Below, piece by piece: positions 49,809-58,639 of a stretch of DNA of 58,639 nt (position 1 is the stretch's first letter; every line of letters begins with the position of its first letter). Under the pieces are notes generated by a model that ran no database searches, was not told where the DNA came from, and was given only the letters and a program-made list of their open reading frames with translations. The position numbers were made by a program, and so were the translations under genes. The stretch is from Picochlorum sp. SENEW3 (Eukaryota), in the NCBI GenBank assembly GCA_034226945.1, contig CP120459.1, positions 1,054,001 to 1,112,639 of the forward strand. Reading direction: 5' to 3'.

Positions 49809-49987
49809 TGAAATGAGATTCTCTTAATCGGCCAAGATGTATTACAATTGGGGTAATCATTAAAACAAGGAGGATGTTTGTGAGACTTTATCCTGGTTGG
49901 TGCTTTGTGCAACTATACGATGCAACATTTTGGATCCTTTATATTGCAACAGGGTTGGGACTTATTGCTCCTCTTGCAAGAGTCCTA

Positions 49988-52900
49988 TTACTCTTCCTGA
50001 TTCTCCTCCTCCTCCTCCTCCTCCTCCTCGGGGATTTGGAATTCGATTCTTCCCAGAACAGTTTTGGACAGAGCGTAAAGGTACGTGCTCACATGTGTGT
50101 CCAACAGGTCGAGAACATACTGCTCTTGGGCTCTGCTAATCCTCCTCTTCTCGTGATCGCTGATGTCGTTAGAAAACCCCAGTTGATATTGAGCATAGTT
50201 TTTCGTGAAGAGATTATCCACATTTTTCAGTTTGAGAAGTGCATCCCCAGGGCTAGGGTCCGAGGGCTTCCTATTGAATGGATGCAATGCCCATTTCATT
50301 TTCCTGTTCTCAACCTGAAGAAACTCGGGCAAATGAGAAGGCTTTGCTTTATGCAGCACCACCCTCCATAGACTTTCTAGAAAGTCCATGCCCCAACGCC
50401 TTTGAGACCCTAGCACCCCATCCGCAGTTGGGCCGAGCATGGCTTTCAGAAATGTCTGTTGGTGTGCAGTGTTGTTCACACGACCCTGACCCTGGGAGGA
50501 TTGTCCACTTGTTAATGTGGGTGCAATGACGCTCAGATAATCCAAAAGACACCTCGTAAACGCAAGTAGCAAGGTCCTGTTGTAGGTAGAAGTATGGACA
50601 CGACACCTTTCGACCAATGCCTTGACCACGCCTTGTGGGCCTGTGCTCTCCACTGTTTCGATCGTGACGAAACGCTCCTGTTGTCCACTGGCCGAATCGT
50701 CCGTTTTGAGGTAGCATTGTCGTAAGCAACTCATGATTTTCCGGAAATTGTTGTCATCGAAGATCACCACAACCCCGAAACCACTTCCTGCACAGGAAGG
50801 CCCTATGATAGGAGGGCTCATGTCCAGCTCTGTCCCGGTCCTCTCGTGGCGGATCTCCAGGATCTCGTACTTGTTTAACTGCCAGACAAACCTCTTGTGG
50901 CGAGATTTTGCCTTGACCCTGACGCTAAACTCGAAATTTCTCACGAGATCCTCCAGAAAGGTCAGCGACAGGTACTGTAACAGAACCAACGGCAGCGCAG
51001 ACGGTAGACAGAACTGCAAGATCTCCGTAACCATGTGCCTACATTCGACAAAAAGTGACATGGCAATCAAATAAGGCGATGAGAGGACGAGCAGGAACGC
51101 TAAACTCGTCACAAGGACGAAATAGGACACAACATACCTGGACAGTGAAAATAGGTTTTTACGAAATTGAGTTAACTCGCCGTCATCTGCATTCCTCAAC
51201 CTCCTTGTTAGCAGGTACATGTAATCTTTCAAGATGAAGCTCGAACTCGCCCCAAGCAGGTCGTGGGTGCCGACGACACGTCCAACGCGGCTGCTGTTTT
51301 CCCACACCCCGAAGAGGAGGTGCGGGGGAAGCACCAAGTATCCGCTGGTTTTATAGCAATCGGTGATGGCCTTCCCAGCACTTGAGCGCAAATGTGCCGC
51401 GAGAGGTAGTTCTTTAGGGAGCTTCCTGTCGAGGGAATAAAATACCAGGGTGCCCGTGCCCGTACAAAGTGCTATGGAATCCACCACCTGGTACGAACAG
51501 TGCCCATGATGGCTGATCTCCGAGTACGCCCTCAATGACAGGACCTCCATCCAACCTTTCAGGCTCCTGACGAGAGACGGGTACTCATCATGATGACTAT
51601 ACGACAAGAGTTCGCTAAACTTGACCGATGCAAGTTTGGATAGTCTCCCAAGAATGTGCTCTCTCACAGCCTCCACAAAGCTCCTGTCCCGCTCATCTCT
51701 GTCCTCCCCGTTCATGTTCGCCCCACATTTGTAGTGCAGGACACTCACATCCTCAAACCTCAACGGAGTAGGTTTTGGCTGTCTGACGAGGAAGTCCTCG
51801 ATAGTTTTATCCTGCAGCAAGACATGGAAAAAGCAGCTGAGAGGGGTCGTCACAAGACAACAGATATATAGTATATATATCCAATCAAGCAGTTGCATAC
51901 GTACAAATGCCCCGACGTAGTCAGCAAGAGTTCGATATAACACATTTTTTGTCTCATCCAATGGGGGAACGGCCAGCCTGGCTAAGGATTTCTTGCACTC
52001 CACCTGTTTATGTTTGAACATGGATCTGTCGTCGAACGAACGATTGTAAGTTTCATACACTGACAGGATGGGGGCGTACTTCCCCCGCGGTTGGGTGTTC
52101 TCTTCTTGTCCTGGCCCATCCTCTCCTTCACTTTCTGTTTCATCATCATGATCACCTTGACTGGCCTCCCCTCTTCCTCCCTGAGGCCTCGCAGGGAGGA
52201 CTCCTTCCTCTGGGACTTGCTGCTCGACCCCTCTGGTTTGTATGGCCTGGGGCCGCAGGACCTCCACGATGCCATAGCGATCGTATCCCAATTGGTTCAA
52301 ATCTGCATGTTCGTGCAAGGAAAATTTCGCTCCCGAAGGGCCGGGGCCGCTGGAGTTTCCCCAGGTAGAGTTCAAGATAAAATGACCATCTGGCTGCCGT
52401 TCTGCATCCTCTCCACGGGGTCGTCGCAAGGCATCCCTCACCTCTTCCAACTTCTCGCGGGTCACGTGGAGCCTGATGTTCTGCTGTCCGTCGGACCCTT
52501 GCTCCTCGGGGAAGTACCCTGATGGCTCGGTGTGTGGCACCCATTCAGTCCTGTGAGGGTCCCAACATTCCATGACGAGCTCCATCCCGACACTGGGGAC
52601 GACGTACATGTCTGCCCCTGCCGTTTTTGGAGGCCTCACATACGCTTTCAGGGTTTCTGCAATACAGCCTGCAGCTGAAACAAGCCTGTCCCTTCTATCC
52701 TCGTCCGGATGCGGCATGTCCAGTTCTCCTGTGTGCAGCGCACAGTCCATTGCGGAGTAGGACATCCTACTGAGCTGGATGGTGGCCGAAAACCACAAAT
52801 TCTTGAGCATCTCTCTGAACCGCGCGCAAGTCGCCTCCGCAAGCACACTGTTGTCGTCGGTCTCGTCGGTCCCAGGGGCCCCTCGTGTTGCAAGCCTGCG

Positions 52901-54063
52901 CCTGCTTTGGGAGGGACCCATCAAATCAGAGATCACCTGTTGGATTGTGAGGGTGGCGCGCCGGCCACGAGCAGCCTCGCGAACCTTCTCCCCTAAACCT
53001 GGTTGCCTGATGGCCAAGAACTCATCGATGCCGTCACTGGATGACAAAGCCTTCATCACATCTCCCGACAGGTCTGCACTGTAGGCAGCCTCCTCGCCGC
53101 TGCGGTTCGTCCCACCCCTCGTAGAAGAACGGCGCGTGGCTCCTGCACTAGATTGCCCGATTTGGCCCGAGACCTCCCCATTCCTGATGGCGATGATGTA
53201 GTCCAAGATCAGGTCGAAGGCCACCACATCCACAGGAGACTTCAAGTCTGTCAACATCTGGGACACGAAAAGCGACGAGTGCTGCTGACTCCCAACGGTT
53301 CCCAGGTAGTGCTTTTCCCTAAATGCAGAGACAGCGGTGTCTCCCTGCCCGTGATGGTGGGTTTTCAGGGGTCCAGCAAGGAGCTGAATGCTTGGGACAA
53401 CCTCAGGAGACCCTGACGGGAATATCACAGCCCTACCCCTCTCCAGCGCATTCCGACGAATGCATATTTTGCTGCACATGGGACAAGGGAAGAATTAGTA
53501 TTTTAATTTTAATCGCAACGAGCGCAGTGAAAACATATCAACGGAGAGCAGCAACAGGTGAAAAAACAAGGAGTCACGTACTCGAAGGTCTCGCTCGGCG
53601 AGATACAAACCACATTAAACACGTCCAGCCGGTTTGAAATAATCTCCACTGTATCAATATCAGGATTCGCCCTCAACCAGGGCCCCTCCACGCCGTCGTA
53701 TATCCGCATCAGGGGTGCCAGGGCCAGGGGCTCGGGGACGTCTCCGCCTATCTCCTCCACGAGATCGCCACGTCTCGCCACCGGTCGATCACCAATGCGA
53801 TACAGCAGTTGGTGCCACTTGCACCTGTCGAATTCAGGCATATTCGTCCTCCCGGTTCCCCCTTCAGGCAGCGATGCCCGCAACCTGTTCACCACATTCC
53901 CAGTACGCGTTCCATCCAGGGCGGTGGTCATCAGATACTCTTTAACCTGCGTCTCACGGAGTTTCCAGGCGATTTGGTGCTCCTCCATCTGTTCCGCGGC
54001 TCCCGTGCTCCTCCTGCGGCACTGCCCAAATTCCAAGATCTTGCGGAATCCTGCGGACGACAT
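49988..54063 (-). CDS. Large orphan protein, ~1257 aa if spliced (exons 54063-53582, 53471-51905, 51811-51138, 51038-49988)
   Basis: ORFs 53509..54063 and 49988..53479 join via a phase-2 GTACG...TGCAG intron; two further GT-AG introns predicted. No recognisable domain; poly-Glu C-terminus. Confidence 0.7.
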
Positions 54064-54589
54064 GCTTTGGGTTTGCCTCGTTAGACTGTCGAATCTTCCT
54101 TTTTAACTCTAGATATTTATATTTTGGTATATCAGTAGGTGGGAAATAGTAGGGGGTACACAGTGGCGTCTCATTTTTCCGTGGGCATTCCCTCTACGCA
54201 GTTTTCGAGGCAAGGGTCCCACGGAAGGGGACCTCCGACAGGACACCGAAGTCGCGCTCGCGACAAGACATTTTCCCCCGCGAATAAACATTCCCCCAAT
54301 ACCCGAGCTCGACATGGTTTTTTGTGTTCATCAAATGGACAATTCGAAATAAAAAGAGACGTTTAGAAGGAAGGGGTCTCTAGCAAGAGACAGTGCTTTT
54401 TCTCGTGGAAGCGAACTTGGAATGGCAAGGCGATGCGAGAAGTGTTCTCTGGGCCTCCGCAGAAAGAGGGACCGCCGCAGTCGGAATGGAGTCACACTCT
54501 GCAGGGCATGTTATGACGAAGAGGAAAGGCCTAGTGGTTCCGTCCCTCGGGGTGGCTCGACCCAACTACTACAAAGAAGTAGTGGGGTT

Positions 54590-55150
54590 GCGAGCACGGA
54601 CCAGCTGCAGGGGCGCCAAGGAGAAGAGGGGAGACCAGGTGCGCGCGTGTTTGGAAACATTTTTCTTTCCTTGTTTTATTTCGGCCCTTTTTTTTAAGGG
54701 GAGAGTCTGTCTTGCTGGCATGGCTGACCGGAGGTGTGGTGTGCAGGCAGGCCTGAGGGTGATGTTGTGGAAGCTGGCCCAAGTTTCCAGCCCGCGCTTT
54801 CCGGGATCTTGCAACGTTTTCGCGCATTCTCACAGAGTGTTGCAAGCCAAGTGACCCATTCTGTCGGGGTTTCGGCGGGTGTGGAAGGGGCGTTGGCGAT
54901 AGAGGGAGGCTCGGACAGCCGTCCTCCCGTTCCCATGGATGGCTGGATCCAAACAGAAAGAAGAAGCAGGGCCGCCAGCGCGGACCAGCAGCAGGGCCGC
55001 GAAGAAAGAGGGAGGGGATCACAAGTGCGTTTTGTTTTACTTTTTTTTTTTTTGGCGCTTTGTTCCCTTTTTCTTGCTGGCATGGCTGACCGGAGGTGTG
55101 GTGTGCAGGCAGGCCTGTTGTGGAGCTGGCCCAAGTTTCCAGCCCCCCCT
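54590..55150 (+). repeat. Direct duplication (~370-bp spacing) in the region between the divergent orphan genes
   Basis: TCTTGCTGGCATGGCTGACCGGAGGTGTGGTGTGCAGGCAGGCCTG...GCTGGCCCAAGTTTCCAGCCC at ~54710-54793 and ~55072-55146. Confidence 0.9.
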
Positions 55151-55190
55151 TGTGGAGTTGTCGCATCGTTATGATGGAATAGAGAGGTTC

Positions 55191-56536
55191 ATGAGCCATC
55201 AAGAAGTGGGCAGACAGGGAGATGGAGTTCTCTTCGGGTCCACGGCTGGTGACGGATCTGACCTTGACGATGAGCCGGTCGTGGGGGGGCAGCCCGAAGT
55301 CCATCATCCACCTCTTCCCTTGGTGTTGGACGGAGGCGCTGGATTCCGATGGCTGCAGGTGTACAAGCGGGATTTGCTCGTCGGGGCAGCGGCGGCGTCG
55401 GCGGACCCCGAACGAAGGGCAACGCTGGAAGAGATTCGCACCCTCCACCGCGACGGCGAACTGTACAATTCTCGGGAGGAGTTGCTTCAACCCCTGCGGT
55501 CTTTAAACATTGAGGATTTGCATCTGGTAAACAACGAGGTGGCTGAGGAGCAATGTGAGATTGTCACGAGGCAGGAGGAACGTCATGCCCCCCCTCAACC
55601 CAACAGACGATGACGGTTTTGCAATCCGCTTAGGCCCGCCTGGGGAGCATCCTTCCTCCAATCCAGTCTCCCCGACCAGGGTTCGAATAGCACAAGGAGA
55701 AAAGCTTGTGTTCGAAGAAATCAAGATCCTGCGAGGCGTGGATAGGTGGTTCACGGCACCGGACCCACGGCCAAAATATTATCGTGTCTACTTGCCCACG
55801 TACATTATTGGCCCCCATGAGAGAACGGGGATGTTTTTTTACCGTGCCGAGCTGGGCCATGAGTTTTTCTGCCTTGTCAGATGCCCAGAGTTGCGTGATC
55901 TTCCATCGCGCCTTTTGCACTGCCGTCGAGAATAAATCACTTTGCAACCCTCAAGGTGAGCAGCAGCCTTGGCACTTGAGCGTTCTCGAGCGGACAGAGG
56001 GCGTCGAGGCCTGGATGGTGACACGTTTCGAAAGCAGCGTGGAGTCGGTATTAAGAGACCTGGACCTGTTGTTCAATGAAGTGTATGGACGAGGCGTGGA
56101 GAACATTCCATTGCCTGAATCTGGACCCATGGCCACTCCATGCGAGATCTACCTGATGGCGTTGTGCAGATTGCGCGGTTCCTCGTTTTTTGATGAAACA
56201 GATGCCAGCTTGATGAGGACCACATATGTGGACTGGAAGCTGCGCCACCAGCCGGAAGAGCGTCGCGCACACATTTGCCTGGGGGACCTCTGGCGCACTT
56301 GGTGGAGTCTGTCGCCGGATGACCATGACCATGATCGGTTCGAGTTATTGAAGATGACCCGCAGTGGCGCCATGAAACCTTGTGTGTTACGAGGTGGTGA
56401 TATCCTGAGACTTCTCACGAGAGAGTTTGTGGACCTGTATGACGCCTGCAGGTCAGGCGGGAGCAATAAACCAAACGCCACTCCGCTTGGTCCCTACATC
56501 TTTCATCAGACCGTCTTCCAGAGGCAGACGGAGTGA
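55191..56536 (+). pseudogene. Orphan gene (~447 aa) with two apparent +1 homopolymer frameshifts, or assembly errors
   Basis: Three overlapping ORFs fuse into one 448-codon frame if one base is removed from C7 (55588-55594) and one from T7 (55834-55840). Confidence 0.6.
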
Positions 56537-57399
56537 GGGTCGAGAAAGGAAAAGATCTAGTGCTACTACTACAAACCATATCAGTATATGTAATTATGCA
56601 GTAAAAAAACAGAAGAAGATGGTGCGTGGGAGACGCGCAGAGGCCTCTTTTTTTCTGCTTCGGGGCACCTCGAGTGAAGGAACAAAAGCTCTCCGGGTGT
56701 GTGTAGTGTAGGAGGGTTTAGACGCAAACTCGTTCCAATCAATTCCACTCATTATCTAGTATTATTATTAACACGAGGAGCGGCACTTGTTGAACGGGAG
56801 GTACAAAAAACAGTTCAGGTAGTAGTAGGAATCGACGAGGCCGTGGCACATCCTCCTCGGGAGGAAGTATAGGCTACTATGACCCGCCATGATCTCTTGT
56901 TTCGTTTAAGTGTCTCGTGAAAAACCAGGTATTGGATCCAAAGCGGCGTCTCCGTATTCTGCGGAAGAAAGGCGTCGTGCGATGGACGAGCTCGACTCGG
57001 GAGCGCTGGCTCCCGCAGCCCGCTCGAACGTCCCCACATCATGGCTGGGGAATTGTATTATTAGTATAAGTATTAATATTGTGTGGATGCGCAAGGTGGT
57101 CTTTCTTCTTGCTGGGGTATAGCTGCTCCCAGCTCCCACAGAGGAGGAGGAGGAAGGGGAGTAGCGTGAGCCCTTCCTTGGCTTCTGTCCAAAGGCGGCG
57201 TTGGGAAAAAAACGTAGGACACCCCTTGGTCTTCTCCACGCCAAGCAAGTATCCGGTCAACGGATACCTGTGATGGTTGCGTGCTCATACCGTGATTATC
57301 TCCGGTCCAGTGCACACGTTGACAGGCAAACAGGCCGAGGGACCATTCCCCTGGATGGATGGCACCTCGCCACGCCGCCTCGTCGTTGATCTGCATCCC

Positions 57400-58312
57400 A
57401 CCCCCGACAAAACAGGTGATTGGACCGAAGATGTGTGTCGGTCCATAACCTTCGGTCGACGGCATGATTGGATGGGTCGGGGAAGATGGATCCTTTTCGT
57501 CGTTCGTAAATGAGACAATAAAAAAACAGGGCGACCATGTAATGCCACGCCTTTTTTTATTAATTTTTTAAGAAGACCAAACCACCCGGCCAGGCTCCGC
57601 GAGATTTTTGTGTCTTCTTTTTTTCCCGCGTTTCCCGCTCACAAGGTCGGTTTGACCGAGGGTGTGGTGGTTTCGTGTTATTCCCAGCAGATCGTTCCCA
57701 TCAAAGACCTCTTCTGATGGGAAGAAGCCTGGATGCGGACGCACAGACAGCAGCCAGGGTTGGAGAGGAGAAGACGAGCTATAAAAACAGCAGTCTTTCT
57801 TGTCTATGACACCACACGAGTGTTCCTCATTTTTTTTTAACGATATCTCGTAATTATGGGAGTATTACTACTATTGGGAACATACTGTGTAGACGTAGTA
57901 CTAGAACACTGAAACTGCTCTCTCTCTGGTCTTGTTGTCGCCGTCGCTCAGGTCAGGTGGAGCAGCTTTGTTGTGCAGTATTGTTGTTGTGAAGACGACG
58001 ATTTGTTTGCATTTCATTCTTGTTTCATGATGATGTCTTTTCTTTATTTTTATTCTTTTCATACACTTGCCTTCTTCTTGTTGTACCTTTCTCTATCTCT
58101 CAGATATGAGATGTTGTCTGTGAGTCTCTCCTATCTCCAGGTTGTTCTTCTTGTCGTGTGTTTCGTTGTGTCGTGTCGTGTCGTGTTATTCTTGGTGGTG
58201 TAGATTATTGTTGTGCATGTTATTGTTGTCATTATCAATGAAGAGGAGTATTATGAGCTATTTTGTTGTTTTTTTGGTTGGTGTGTTTTTTTTGGTTAGG
58301 GTATTTTGGTCT
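57400..58312 (+). repeat. Long diverged direct repeat, copy 2
   Basis: Colinear similarity to 39470-41035; this copy is shorter. Confidence 0.8.
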
Positions 58313-58639
58313 TTTTGAGGGTGGTTTTTTGTGATTTATTTTGGCTTTTTGTGATGTTTTCATTTATTTTGGTGGTTTAATATTTGTATTATTTGAAAAT
58401 TGTGTTTATTTTTGTTTGTGTGGTGGACTGGGTGTGAATATGTGGCTATATACCCTCATTACCCTCACTGCCAAGAACGACGGTATGCATAGGGTATAGG
58501 GTATAGGGAGCAATACGTAACGGTTCACTACTCACGACGATGTTTTTTGGTACCTTTTTAAAAAAATTCCAAAAAAAAATTCCAAAAAAAAAGCGACTAA
58601 CAAACACAATCTGATGGCAGCAATACGTAACTGAACGAA

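Noticed and set aside
42598..49811. 1902-aa and 2200-aa ORFs as annotated genes
   Set aside because: They arise from a 3n repeat unit and swap peptide frames at 1-bp deletions. Not called as CDS; coding potential is kept as a hypothesis under findings.
39470..58312. LTR retrotransposon
   Set aside because: The direct repeats are highly diverged and unequal in length, and I see no TG...CA ends, primer-binding site or gag/RT/integrase motifs.

Overview
Eukaryotic nuclear DNA from a very compact green-algal (chlorophyte) genome; a Picochlorum-like origin is my inference. The evidence is nuclear petC with a transit peptide, short GT-AG introns, TGTAA poly(A)-type signals and intergenic gaps of only a few bp. 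Bases 1-36 kb are gene-dense housekeeping DNA: FtsH, ArsS-like radical SAM, serpin, TrmJ-like, TVP38, SDP1, EEP-like, petC, THO2, golgin, Maf, DUF1538, TcdA, Ku80, SPT2-like, COX6B, RanBP1, RPN5 and QCR6. The main find is a complete 2,566-bp non-autonomous DNA transposon (30356-32921) encoding only an intact Fanzor (eukaryotic TnpB-like RNA-guided RuvC nuclease). It has 24-bp TIRs and a TA duplication, and it sits inside a host ORF that is restored exactly when the element is removed. A CATA motif precedes its 5' end (predicted TAM), and a structured putative omegaRNA runs into a predictable flanking guide. Bases 36-58.6 kb are an abruptly different, gene-poor domain. It holds a dispersed repeat family, long diverged direct repeats, an 8.5-kb array of 55 x 153-bp monomers with two largely open frames (centromeric satellite or repeat protein), and a divergent pair of orphan genes (~1257 aa spliced, and ~447 aa with two homopolymer frameshifts).
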